A stretch of DNA of 53,672 bases, taken from contig JAKCAE010000038.1 in assembly GCA_021842385.1 (NCBI GenBank), positions 1 through 53,672 of the forward strand, given 5' to 3'. Below are positions 9,389-18,313 of the stretch, in pieces. A program made the translations under genes and the position numbers. Positions within the stretch are counted from its first letter, which is position 1, and the number at the start of each line of letters is the position of its first letter. The notes beneath the pieces were generated by a model that worked only from the letters and a program-made list of their open reading frames with translations, was not told the DNA's origin and searched no databases. The stretch comes from a bacterium. Lineage in GTDB: Bacteria > Patescibacteriota > Doudnabacteria > UBA920 > VMFF01.

Positions 9389-9688
9389 ATGCCCAACGAT
9401 TTTCAACAAAAACAACCAACCAAGAACGAACAGATGTTCTATGAAATAGCTATGCAAATGCACGATCTGGATAAAAGAGTCTGGTCCATTTCATCGCACA
9501 TGCTTGCTTTAGGTGTTGCTTTAAATATAGACGCTAAAAAGATGGCTGAGATTTTAACCGGCGATGATTCAAAGATTCGCGAGTATGCAAAAAATATCAA
9601 TGATGAGATCAAGAAGATTGAAGACGCTCGTCCTAAAGAAGAAAAACACGAACACGATCATGAACATGATCACAACCATGAACACTAA
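9389..9688 (+). CDS. Hypothetical protein with His-rich C-terminal tail
   Basis: ORF with SD-like AAAGGA upstream. The tail is KEEKHEHDHEHDHNHEH. Confidence 0.5.
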   Translation: MPNDFQQKQPTKNEQMFYEIAMQMHDLDKRVWSISSHMLALGVALNIDAKKMAEILTGDDSKIREYAKNINDEIKKIEDARPKEEKHEHDHEHDHNHEH

Positions 9689-10154
9689 AAAAAAGAAAAA
9701 ACAAATTGTCGTCGCTGTAAGCGGGGGATTTGATCCTATTCACCCTGGACATGTGCGCATGTTTTCCGAGGCAAAAAAGCTTGGTGACAAGTTAGTTGTC
9801 ATACTAAACAACGACAATTGGATTAAACTCAAAAAAGGTTTTGGCTTTATGAATGAAAAAGATCGTGCTGAAGTCATTCGCGCCTTTTCAGATGTTGATG
9901 ATGTTGTCATAACCAGGCACACAAAGAACACTAAGGACATGAGTGTTTGTTCAGAGCTAAGAAAGATCAAACCTGATATCTTCGCAAATGGCGGGGATAG
10001 GAAATTAAACAATATTCCTGAGGTTGCTGTCTGCAAGGAAATTGGCTGCAAGATGGTTTTTAATATTGGCACAGGCGGCAAGATCCAGTCTAGTTCCTGG
10101 CTTTTAAAAGACTATGTTAAGAAGACTTTAGACAAAAAGCCTAAAAAATATTAA
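9678..10154 (+). CDS. Cytidylyltransferase-like nucleotidyltransferase (HxGH family)
   Basis: VVAVSGGFDPIHPGHVRMF...GDKLVVILNND. Start set at ATG 9678 and overlaps the preceding ORF by 11 nt. Confidence 0.7.
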   Translation: MNTKKKKKQIVVAVSGGFDPIHPGHVRMFSEAKKLGDKLVVILNNDNWIKLKKGFGFMNEKDRAEVIRAFSDVDDVVITRHTKNTKDMSVCSELRKIKPDIFANGGDRKLNNIPEVAVCKEIGCKMVFNIGTGGKIQSSSWLLKDYVKKTLDKKPKKY

Positions 10155-10163
10155 TATGTAGGG

Positions 10164-10187
10164 GACTTCTTTAAGAGAAGTCTTTTT
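10164..10187 (+). terminator. Rho-independent terminator
   Basis: gacttct / agaagtc stem (10164-10170 / 10176-10182) followed by TTTTT. Confidence 0.65.
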
Positions 10188-10213
10188 AAAGAAATTAAAG
10201 TAAAACTGAAAAC

Positions 10214-11695
10214 ATGAGAAAAAATCTACGGCTCTACGTGACTTTCCTTTTTATACTCTTAATAGCGGCTTTTGCAGCATATATAGATCATCCAAAGGGG
10301 AGTAAAATTGACCTTAAAAAGCTTAAAATTAGCTTTACAAGGGAGTTTAAGCCCCATCTGGGCTTGGACCTCCAAGGTGGAAGCCATCTTGAATATCAAG
10401 GCGATTTAAAAGAAGTTGCTCCGGAAAAACAAAGAGAAGCAATGGAGTCTTTAAGATCTGCTATAGAGCGCAGGGTTTTTTACTTTGGAGTTCAGGAACC
10501 CCTGGTTGAATCGGCAGGCTCTGACCGAATCATTGTTGAACTACCTGGTATTACTGATATTAACGAAGCCATAAAAGTTATTGGTCAAACTCCGTTTTTG
10601 GAGTTTAGAGAAGTAAGCAACGAACCAGCAACAGCAACAGTTGTTGATGGCAAAGCAGTTGTGGATCCACTCTCTCAGTGGAAAGCAACAGGACTTACCG
10701 GAAAAGATTTGGATACAGCAACTGTAGATTTTAACCAGCAAACGGGAAATCCTCAGATTCTCTTGCAGTTTAATTCAAATGGCGCAAAGCTTTTTTCAGA
10801 AATTACATCAAGGAATATTAGCAAACCAGTTGCCATTTTCTTAGATGGTTCTCCGCTTTCAACACCAACAGTTCAGAATGTCATCACAGACGGTAAAGCC
10901 GTGATTACAGGACAGTTTACTGTTAAAGAAGCAAAAGAGTTAGTTTCCAGATTAAACTCCGGTGCTTTGCCTGTACCAATTCATTTAATTTCTCAGCAAA
11001 ATGTTGGTGCAAGTTTAGGTAAGGACTCTATTCAGAAAAGCGTTGTTGCTGGGTTAATTGGTTTGTTAATGATTGCTCTATTCATGATTGTCTATTACAG
11101 ACTCCCTGGTTTTTTAGCTGTTTTTGCTTTAGCAATTTACGCATTGTTAACATTCGCGATTTTTAAGATCGGTATTTCTGTGACAGCTGTTTTATTAGTT
11201 GGAGCATTTTTGATGCTTGCTCTAACTTCAAGCTGGTGGTTTGGAGTCTTGGGCGGTGCTACATATTTAATTTTAATGCTTCTTGGAGGTTTGCATCCTG
11301 TTACTTTAACTCTAGCCGGTATTGCAGGTTTTATCTTGTCTATCGGTATGGCAGTTGATGCAAACATCTTAATCTTTGAACGCACTAAAGAAGAACTTCG
11401 TTTAGGAAAAGATGTTAACAAGGCCTTGGAAGACGGTTTTAACAGAGCATGGCTTTCAATTAGAGATTCTAATGCTTCAAGCTTAATTACAACTTTAATC
11501 TTGTATATCTTTGGAACACCGGCAATAAAGAGTTTCGCAGAAACCCTTGCTATTGGTATTATAATTTCCCTGTTTACGGCAATTACAGTTACGAGAACGT
11601 TCCTTAAAATGTTTGTTGGTCACAACATTTTGTCACATCCGTGGCTTTTCGGTGTGCGCAAAATGAACAAAGAATTAACAGCTCAAGGAAAGTAA
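10214..11695 (+). CDS. secD: Protein translocase subunit SecD
   Basis: N-terminal TM, GLDLQGG periplasmic domain, C-terminal 6-TM RND-like bundle. Immediately upstream of secF. Confidence 0.9.
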   Translation: MRKNLRLYVTFLFILLIAAFAAYIDHPKGSKIDLKKLKISFTREFKPHLGLDLQGGSHLEYQGDLKEVAPEKQREAMESLRSAIERRVFYFGVQEPLVESAGSDRIIVELPGITDINEAIKVIGQTPFLEFREVSNEPATATVVDGKAVVDPLSQWKATGLTGKDLDTATVDFNQQTGNPQILLQFNSNGAKLFSEITSRNISKPVAIFLDGSPLSTPTVQNVITDGKAVITGQFTVKEAKELVSRLNSGALPVPIHLISQQNVGASLGKDSIQKSVVAGLIGLLMIALFMIVYYRLPGFLAVFALAIYALLTFAIFKIGISVTAVLLVGAFLMLALTSSWWFGVLGGATYLILMLLGGLHPVTLTLAGIAGFILSIGMAVDANILIFERTKEELRLGKDVNKALEDGFNRAWLSIRDSNASSLITTLILYIFGTPAIKSFAETLAIGIIISLFTAITVTRTFLKMFVGHNILSHPWLFGVRKMNKELTAQGK

Positions 11696-11699
11696 AGCA

Positions 11700-12590
11700 A
11701 TGTTGAATATCATAAAACACTACAAATTTTGGTTTTCAGTTTCAGGAGTTATTTTCTTGGCAGGAGTAATTTCTCTTTCTCTCTATGGTTTAAGGCCAGG
11801 ACTTGATTTTACAGGTGGTTCCTTGGCTCAGCTTTCTTTCAAGAGTCAGCCAAATATACAAATCATAAAAGATGAAGTTTCCAAGGTAGTAGACAACGCA
11901 GCTGTACAAACAGCAGGGGAGAATGATGTTATCATCAGAACCAAAGCTTTAGAAAAAGATCAGCTTGAAAAAATATACGCAGGGTTAAAAGCAAGTCAGG
12001 GTGAATTTACTGAAAAATCATATAGTTTGATTGGTCCGATTGTTAGCAAGGAGTTAATTTGGAAAGCAATTTGGCAGTTAGTCTTAGTTTCCTTAGGTAT
12101 TGTCTTCTATATAGCCTATGCTTTCAGAAAAATAACTAAACCAATCACATCTTGGAAATTCGGTTGGGCTGCAATCATTGCTTTGCTTCATGATTTAATC
12201 ATCGTGCTTGGTTTGTTTTCAGTGCTTGGTCATTTTGCGCATGTTGAAGTTGATACAATGTTTGTTACAGCGCTACTTACTGTGCTTGGTTTTTCTGTGC
12301 ATGACACAATTGTTGTTTTTGACAGAATCAGAGAGAACATGAGAGTAGAAGCAGGCAAACCAATAGAAGAAATTGTGAATCACAGCATTAATCAGACCAT
12401 AGTCAGGTCCTTAAACACTTCCTTAACTGTTTTGTTTGTGCTTTTGTCGCTCTTGCTTTTCGGAGGCGCTACAATAAAATACTTTGTTCTAGCTCTTTTT
12501 GTCGGAGTCATAGCTGGAACATACTCTTCAATCTTCATAGCTAGCCCCTTGTTGGTTGTTTGGGAGAAATGGCAGCACAGAAGAGCGTAA
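11700..12590 (+). CDS. secF: Protein translocase subunit SecF
   Basis: GLDFTGG motif and C-terminal TM bundle with HDTIVVFDRIREN. Confidence 0.9.
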   Translation: MLNIIKHYKFWFSVSGVIFLAGVISLSLYGLRPGLDFTGGSLAQLSFKSQPNIQIIKDEVSKVVDNAAVQTAGENDVIIRTKALEKDQLEKIYAGLKASQGEFTEKSYSLIGPIVSKELIWKAIWQLVLVSLGIVFYIAYAFRKITKPITSWKFGWAAIIALLHDLIIVLGLFSVLGHFAHVEVDTMFVTALLTVLGFSVHDTIVVFDRIRENMRVEAGKPIEEIVNHSINQTIVRSLNTSLTVLFVLLSLLLFGGATIKYFVLALFVGVIAGTYSSIFIASPLLVVWEKWQHRRA

Positions 12591-12600
12591 AACCAGAACC

Positions 12601-12629
12601 TTGACACAATGTAAAGTTTATGATATATT
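12601..12629 (+). promoter_or_regulatory. Near-consensus sigma70-like promoter
   Basis: TTGACA (12601-12606), 17 nt spacer, TATATT (12624-12629). Followed by a hairpin at 12632-12653 plus TTT directly before ATG 12657. Confidence 0.45.
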
Positions 12630-12656
12630 CTAGGCGTATAGAAAAATACGCCTTTT

Positions 12657-13787
12657 ATGTCAGATCCAATAGAGCAAGAAAAAAAAGCAATATCAGGGAT
12701 TTTGGATAAAATAATAGACAGCAAACAAACTGTCTCTTTGCAGAATTTTGAGCCTGCTTTGGTAGCAAGCAAGATTTTGAGTTTGCTAAAAGAAAGAGAT
12801 CGTCAGATCCTAGCAAAGCGTTTTGGCTTGCTTGGCTTTCCTGCTAGAACTTTAGAAGCAATAGGTAAGGAGCATAATCTAACCAGAGAGCGTGTTAGAC
12901 AAATTGAAAAAGATTCAATCAAGTTTTTGCGTTCTAAACTAGACCAAGAACAGCTTGCTGATTCAGTAAAAGTGCTTGCTCATATCATCCATGACTCAGG
13001 AAGAATCATCAAAGAGCTGGAATTAATCAAAATGTTAAGCTTTGAATCAACTGAGGAAGAAAAGCGTTCGGTTTTGTTTTTGCTGCATATTGCTGAAGAA
13101 CTTTTAGAAGTCAGAGAATCTGAGCTTTACCACGCAGCTTGGGCTTCAGTTACTTACAATCATGAATTTTTTGAAAACATCATAAAGACAGCTAGAGAAA
13201 TATTGAAAGCAGAGGGCAAGCCAATCAGTGAGTTTAATCTCATTGAAAAACTGCAAGCCAGCGAGTTTTACAGAAACAATGAGCACGAGTTAAACGAAAA
13301 AGTTTTAAAAACTTACATTGAAATTAGTAAAGAGATTGCAAAAAATCCTTTTGGTGAATATGGTTTGAAAGAGTGGCGTGAGATTAAGCCAAAAGATGTT
13401 GGTGATAAAGCATACATTGTCTTAAAACATCATGCTAAGCCTGCTCACTATTCAGAGATTACTGAAATGATCAACAAGCACGGTTTTGACAAACGTACGG
13501 CAAACAAAGAAAGCGTGCACAATGAACTCATAAAAGACGGACGTTTTGTTTTAGTGGGTCGTGGTATTTACGCTTTAACTGAATGGGGTTACAAAAAAGG
13601 CGTGGTTGCTGACGTCATCATAGAAATACTTCAAAAAGCAAACCAGCCTCTAAGCCGCGATGAAATAATTGCCGAGGTTATGAAAAAGCGTATGGTTAAG
13701 AGAAATACTGTTTTAGTTGCGCTTTCCAACAAGAGTCTTTTTAACAAAGTTCAAAGAAACAAGTACGAGTTAGCCAAAGCAAAATAA
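12657..13787 (+). CDS. Sigma-70 region-4-like HTH protein with C-terminal HARE-HTH-like domain
   Basis: RTLEAIGKEHNLTRERVRQIEKDSIKFLR (region 4 HTH). C-terminal AYIVLKHHAKPAHYSEITEMI...GRGIYALTEWGY (HARE-HTH pattern). Confidence 0.55.
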   Translation: MSDPIEQEKKAISGILDKIIDSKQTVSLQNFEPALVASKILSLLKERDRQILAKRFGLLGFPARTLEAIGKEHNLTRERVRQIEKDSIKFLRSKLDQEQLADSVKVLAHIIHDSGRIIKELELIKMLSFESTEEEKRSVLFLLHIAEELLEVRESELYHAAWASVTYNHEFFENIIKTAREILKAEGKPISEFNLIEKLQASEFYRNNEHELNEKVLKTYIEISKEIAKNPFGEYGLKEWREIKPKDVGDKAYIVLKHHAKPAHYSEITEMINKHGFDKRTANKESVHNELIKDGRFVLVGRGIYALTEWGYKKGVVADVIIEILQKANQPLSRDEIIAEVMKKRMVKRNTVLVALSNKSLFNKVQRNKYELAKAK

Positions 13788-13813
13788 TTTTGCTTAAAAT
13801 CTAGAAACAAAAA

Positions 13814-15133
13814 ATGGGAATCTTTTCAACGATATCAGAAGGGTTTGGCTCAACCATCTCCACAGGATGGTATTTGTTTGTACACTGGTATGGCTGGGTT
13901 CTTTTCGTCATTGCCGCTTTCTATATCGTTCAGAAGCTTTACAAAGACAAGATTGCAGATGATTATGTTCTTTCGAACAAAAGAATTTTTTTACATATTA
14001 AAATTGAAAAAGAGAATCTTCAAAGCACATTGGCTGTAGAACAGATCTTTGCAAGCATGCATGCCATGCACCAAAACTTCACCTGGGCAGAACGCTGGTT
14101 GGAGGGTTTAGTTAATCTTTGGTGGACAGCGGAAATAGTCAGCTTAGGCGGCAAGATTTCTTTCATTATTTCAGTTCCTGAAAAAAACAGGAGCCTGGCT
14201 TTAAGTTCTTTTTATGCATATTATCCAAACGCTGAAATCATGGAAGTTGAAGACTACATGAAAAATCTAAAACATCTTGATGAAAATTCTTCCTGGGATA
14301 TGTGGGGTACTGAATACAAATTTACTAAAGATTGGGCATATCCCATAAGGACATGGAGAGAATTTGAGCACCCTGCAGCAGAAGAGTCAATAATTGATCC
14401 AATGGCTGGGGTCTTAGAAGCCTTAAGCAGAGCAGAACCTCATGAGCTCATGGCCATACAGATAGTTATGCGACCAGTTGCTGATAAGGAATGGGCACCT
14501 CATGTTACTGAAGTTGTACAGAACTTAAAGGAAGAGGGTTCACATCACGTGCCTTTCTTAGAGAGGATCTTTCCTTTTCTCGCCTGGGGTAGCAAAAAGA
14601 CTGTTCTAGAAGCAATACAAGAGGGTGGGGGGCATGGTGGTCACGGCGAGGAGCAAAAACAACCTAAAGTTATGCGCATGACTGAAGGTGAAAGAAACAC
14701 AGTTAAGGGTATAGAAATGAAAGCAACCAAGCCTGCATATCAAACAAAAATCCGTCATCTCTACATTGCTCCTAAAGACAAGTTCGACAAAACAAAGAAA
14801 AGCTTGCTGGTTGGCGCTTACAGACAATTTGGTGCAGTTAATTCAAATAACTTGAAACCTGATGTTTCAGGAACTTGGACAAACTACAACTATGCGATGT
14901 TTGAAGCCATTGAAAGACCTTTTGTTAACTTTATGATCATGGAGAGAAAACATTTGCTTTTAAAAGGTTTTGTTAACAGAAGCAGATGGATAGGAGCAGA
15001 TCCAATGATTATGAACATTGAAGAGTTAGCTACCCTTTACCACTTCCCATTAAACACGGTTTCAACACCTCCTGTTGAAAGAATAGACATTAAAAAAGGT
15101 CAGCCACCGGCTAACCTCCCAATTATTTCTTAA
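13814..15133 (+). CDS. Hypothetical membrane-anchored protein, partner of the downstream P-loop ATPase
   Basis: N-terminal TM (WYLFVHWYGWVLFVIAAFYIV). No motif I recognise. 3-nt gap to the next gene. Confidence 0.5.
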   Translation: MGIFSTISEGFGSTISTGWYLFVHWYGWVLFVIAAFYIVQKLYKDKIADDYVLSNKRIFLHIKIEKENLQSTLAVEQIFASMHAMHQNFTWAERWLEGLVNLWWTAEIVSLGGKISFIISVPEKNRSLALSSFYAYYPNAEIMEVEDYMKNLKHLDENSSWDMWGTEYKFTKDWAYPIRTWREFEHPAAEESIIDPMAGVLEALSRAEPHELMAIQIVMRPVADKEWAPHVTEVVQNLKEEGSHHVPFLERIFPFLAWGSKKTVLEAIQEGGGHGGHGEEQKQPKVMRMTEGERNTVKGIEMKATKPAYQTKIRHLYIAPKDKFDKTKKSLLVGAYRQFGAVNSNNLKPDVSGTWTNYNYAMFEAIERPFVNFMIMERKHLLLKGFVNRSRWIGADPMIMNIEELATLYHFPLNTVSTPPVERIDIKKGQPPANLPIIS

Positions 15134-15136
15134 ACT

Positions 15137-16813
15137 ATGGTAGACGAAAACGAAGTCACATTATTTGCCAAAACCAATTTCCGCAACAAGCAGGTGCCTT
15201 TTGGTATTAAGAGAGAAGACCGTAGAAAGCACATGTATGTCATCGGAAAAACCGGTATGGGCAAAACCACGATGATGGAAAACATGATCATTCAAGACAT
15301 TGTTAATGACAATGGACTTGCTTTTGTTGATCCACACGGCGACTCAGTAGAAAAGATTCTAAACTATATCCCGGCAAGAAGAATAAATGATGTTGTATAT
15401 TTCAACCCTGCGGACATGGAATTTCCCATAGCGTTCAATATCTTAGAATCAGTTGATCCAAGATACAAACATTTAGTTGCTTCAGGACTTATGGGAGTTT
15501 TTACCAAGATTTGGGCAAACCTTTGGTCTGCTCGTATGGAATATATTTTAAACAACGCCATCTTGGCATTACTTGATTCCCCAGGAAATACATTGCTTGG
15601 AATTTCCAGAATGCTCATCGACAAAAAATACAGGAAACGGATCGTTGATAATATAAAAGATCCGATTGTTAAATCTTTTTGGCAGGATGAATTTGCAAAC
15701 TGGAATGAAAAATACAGAATGGAAGCAATTGCTCCAATCCAAAACAAGGTCGGACAATTCCTTTCATCCGGGATAATAAGAAACATTGTAGGGCAGCCTA
15801 AATCAACCGTTGATTTAAGAGAGCTCATGGACAACAAAAAGATTCTCCTGATGAACCTTTCTAAAGGACGTGTTGGTGAAGATAATTCTGCATTGCTTGG
15901 AGCTATGATTATTACCAAACTGCAACTGGCAGCGCTTTCTCGTGTTGATATTCCAGAAGAAGAACGTAATGATTTTTACCTCTATGTTGACGAGTTTCAA
16001 AATTTTGCCACAGAATCATTTGCCACAATCCTTTCTGAAGCAAGAAAATATCGTCTAAACTTAATTGTCGGTCACCAATATATTGGTCAGTTGGTCCAGG
16101 ATAATAACACTAAGGTCAGAGACGCGGTTTTTGGCAACGTCGGCACAATAGTAACCTTTAGGGTTGGTGCTGCAGATGCAGAGTTTTTGGAAAAAGAATT
16201 CATGCCGATTTTTACGGAAAATGATCTTGTTAACATTCCCAAGCACACTGTCATTTTAAAGCTCATGATAAACGGAGTTGCCTCAGATCCTTTTACAGCA
16301 GAAACGCTTCCTCCAGGAACATATGAAAAAACTGACAATGGTGAAAAAATCATCAGAGTTTCAAGAGAACGCTATGCTAATCCCGTATCAGACGTAGAAG
16401 AAAAGATAACCAAGTGGATGGGGCAAGAATTCCATGAGCAAGCAGCCTTAATTGCCGGAAACCAAGCTTTGGAAGGAGAAGAAGAAACAGTTCAAACAGC
16501 AGTAGAACCAGCTCCTTTGGCAGAAGAACCTGTTGTCACAGAGCCACCTAAAACAATGGTTATTCAAGAAGCAGTGCAAAAAATAGAGGACGATCACGAA
16601 AAGAAAAAAAAGAAAAAGAAACAAGCAAACGGAAATAACAACAAGAGAGATCAAAATCCCATCTGGGATACAGTCGCTAAAATGGCTGATCAAAAAATTA
16701 AAAACACAGAAACACCAGATGCCTTGTTAAAGACCCTGGAATCAGTTAAAGTATCAGAGACTCCCAAAAAAGTCCTTAAACCAGGGGAATCAGTAAAGCT
16801 TGATGAGATTTAA
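15137..16813 (+). CDS. TraD/VirD4/HerA-like P-loop ATPase (type IV coupling-protein-like)
   Basis: Walker A GKTGMGKTT and Walker B FYLYVDEFQNF. Acidic/lysine-rich low-complexity C-terminus. Confidence 0.7.
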   Translation: MVDENEVTLFAKTNFRNKQVPFGIKREDRRKHMYVIGKTGMGKTTMMENMIIQDIVNDNGLAFVDPHGDSVEKILNYIPARRINDVVYFNPADMEFPIAFNILESVDPRYKHLVASGLMGVFTKIWANLWSARMEYILNNAILALLDSPGNTLLGISRMLIDKKYRKRIVDNIKDPIVKSFWQDEFANWNEKYRMEAIAPIQNKVGQFLSSGIIRNIVGQPKSTVDLRELMDNKKILLMNLSKGRVGEDNSALLGAMIITKLQLAALSRVDIPEEERNDFYLYVDEFQNFATESFATILSEARKYRLNLIVGHQYIGQLVQDNNTKVRDAVFGNVGTIVTFRVGAADAEFLEKEFMPIFTENDLVNIPKHTVILKLMINGVASDPFTAETLPPGTYEKTDNGEKIIRVSRERYANPVSDVEEKITKWMGQEFHEQAALIAGNQALEGEEETVQTAVEPAPLAEEPVVTEPPKTMVIQEAVQKIEDDHEKKKKKKKQANGNNNKRDQNPIWDTVAKMADQKIKNTETPDALLKTLESVKVSETPKKVLKPGESVKLDEI

Positions 16814-17876
16814 AAAATCGTTAAAACCAAAGAAAAAAGTCCTTGTGGCGCTTTCAGGCGGAATAGACTCCGCAGTAAGCGCTGCTTTGTTGTTAGAGCA
16901 AGGATATGCAGTAGAAGCTGCTTTTATGAAAAATTGGAGCTCTACAGAGGGACTATTTCGTAATGAATGTCCTTGGCTTGATGATCGTAGAGAAGCTTTA
17001 AAAGTTACTGCTTTTTTAAACATTCCTTTACACACTTTTGATTTTGAAAAAGAATATCAAAAAAAAGTAATGCAGTATTTTTTCAGAGAATACAAAGCAG
17101 GCAGAACCCCGAATCCAGATGTCATGTGCAACAAAGAGATTAAGTTCGGACTCTTGTATGGTAAAGCCATGAAAATGGGTTTTGATTACATTGCCACAGG
17201 TCATTACGCACAAAGCAAAGCAAATAATCTTTTTCGTTCCAATGATGAATTCAAAGATCAAACATACTTCATTTACAACCTAAAGAAAGAACAGTTAAAA
17301 CACATTCTCTTTCCAATAGGACATTTAAAGAAAGCCAAAGTTAGGACCTTAGCAAGAAAATTAGGTTTGCCTAATGCTGAAAGAAAAGAAAGCATGGGTC
17401 TTTGCTTTGTCGGAAAGATCCGTCTAGATCAATTCCTTTTTCAAAAACTTAAACCCAAAACAGGCAAAATCATTGATATTAAAGGAAATGTTTTAGGCAG
17501 TCACAAAGGAACCTCTTTTTACACCCTAGGACAAAGACAAGGTTTGGGAATTGGGGGCAAAGGCGGACCGTACTATATCGCAAAAAAAGATATTAAAAAA
17601 AACCTTTTAATAGTTACAGAAAACCCACATGACAAGCTCTTGGAGCTTAAAGAAATACATCTTTCAGAAATTAACTGGATTGATCATCCTTCCAAGTTTC
17701 CTTTAATTTGCAAAGGACGCTTCAGGCATCAGCAAACATTACAGGATTTAATTATTCTCAAAGAAAAAAATGGATATTTAGTTAAGTTCAAAAAACCACA
17801 GTTTGCCATATCTTCAGGGCAAAGTCTTGTATTGTACAAGGGAAAAGAGTGTTTAGGCGGGGGAGTTATTATATAG
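16803..17876 (+). CDS. mnmA: tRNA-specific 2-thiouridylase MnmA
   Basis: PP-loop VALSGGIDSAVSA, NPDVMCN, IATGHYA. The ATG at 16803 is preferred over the TTG at 16800. Confidence 0.92.
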   Translation: MRFKKSLKPKKKVLVALSGGIDSAVSAALLLEQGYAVEAAFMKNWSSTEGLFRNECPWLDDRREALKVTAFLNIPLHTFDFEKEYQKKVMQYFFREYKAGRTPNPDVMCNKEIKFGLLYGKAMKMGFDYIATGHYAQSKANNLFRSNDEFKDQTYFIYNLKKEQLKHILFPIGHLKKAKVRTLARKLGLPNAERKESMGLCFVGKIRLDQFLFQKLKPKTGKIIDIKGNVLGSHKGTSFYTLGQRQGLGIGGKGGPYYIAKKDIKKNLLIVTENPHDKLLELKEIHLSEINWIDHPSKFPLICKGRFRHQQTLQDLIILKEKNGYLVKFKKPQFAISSGQSLVLYKGKECLGGGVII

Positions 17877-17895
17877 GAAAATTTTACATGGTTTA

Positions 17896-17925
17896 TTGAC
17901 AAAGTACCACGGAAAGTGGTATTTT
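17896..17925 (+). promoter_or_regulatory. Sigma70-like promoter with an inverted repeat in the spacer (cassette 2)
   Basis: TTGACA (17896-17901), 18 nt spacer, TATTTT (17920-17925). The spacer contains taccac-ggaaa-gtggta (17905-17921). Confidence 0.4.
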
Positions 17926-17971
17926 TTTACGTTGGTTATGCAGGAGGAAATACACTAAAGCCCGGGGGCTT

Positions 17972-18247
17972 ATGACACAGACCGACATGATACAACTGCT
18001 CCGTGATGCCTCAATTGCGGAAAGCGAGGCAGAAGCAAAATCCTGCCGTGACCAGTTCGTGGAGGCGTTCCGTGGTCTGGATCACTGGACCCAGTGCGTG
18101 CTCGCAGATCTCTATGATGAAGTGTTGCGTCGGTCACCGCGCGACCTTCCTGACCAGCTGATCTTCTACATGTACCTCAAGAGTGCCTCCGGCACCACCG
18201 AGCATGGACTCGGGCGACTGGAGCCTGCTACGGTCATGATGCGCTGA
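17972..18247 (+). CDS. Orphan 91-aa protein on GC-rich cassette 2
   Basis: Intact ORF with G/C-ending codon bias. 33/60 and 35/60 G+C at 18001-18120. No recognised motif. Weak SD (GGGGG 3 nt upstream). Confidence 0.5.
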   Translation: MTQTDMIQLLRDASIAESEAEAKSCRDQFVEAFRGLDHWTQCVLADLYDEVLRRSPRDLPDQLIFYMYLKSASGTTEHGLGRLEPATVMMR

Positions 18248-18264
18248 GTTCTCGGGCAGCAAAA

Positions 18265-18297
18265 CAGGGGCGATCTCGCAGCTAGAGATCGCCCCTG
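18265..18297. terminator. Perfect 13-bp GC-rich hairpin between convergent genes
   Basis: caggggcgatctc (18265-18277) / gagatcgcccctg (18285-18297). Read on the minus strand it is followed by TTTTG, so it could also terminate hppA. Confidence 0.65.
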
Positions 18298-18313
18298 TGC
18301 CACGTCTAGATAC

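Noticed and set aside
15364-15918. 184-aa minus-strand ORF inside the P-loop ATPase gene.
   Set aside because: It is antisense to the Walker A to Walker B region of a well-supported CDS.
17938-17958. Six-codon mini-ORF (ATG CAG GAG GAA ATA CAC TAA) overlapping the AGGAGG upstream of the 91-aa gene, as a possible leader peptide.
   Set aside because: It is too short and unsupported. It is most simply a chance ATG next to a purine-rich stretch.
17961-18311. Restriction-site palindromes at suggestive positions as evidence of engineering. These are SmaI at 17961-17966 and XbaI at 18306-18311, with NdeI CATATG on the gene B start at 31811-31816 and NheI over the gene A stop at 31834-31839.
   Set aside because: Six-base palindromes are expected by chance in several hundred nt of balanced-composition DNA. 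There are no vector backbone, tag or scar sequences. I note them only as a caveat to the artefact alternative.
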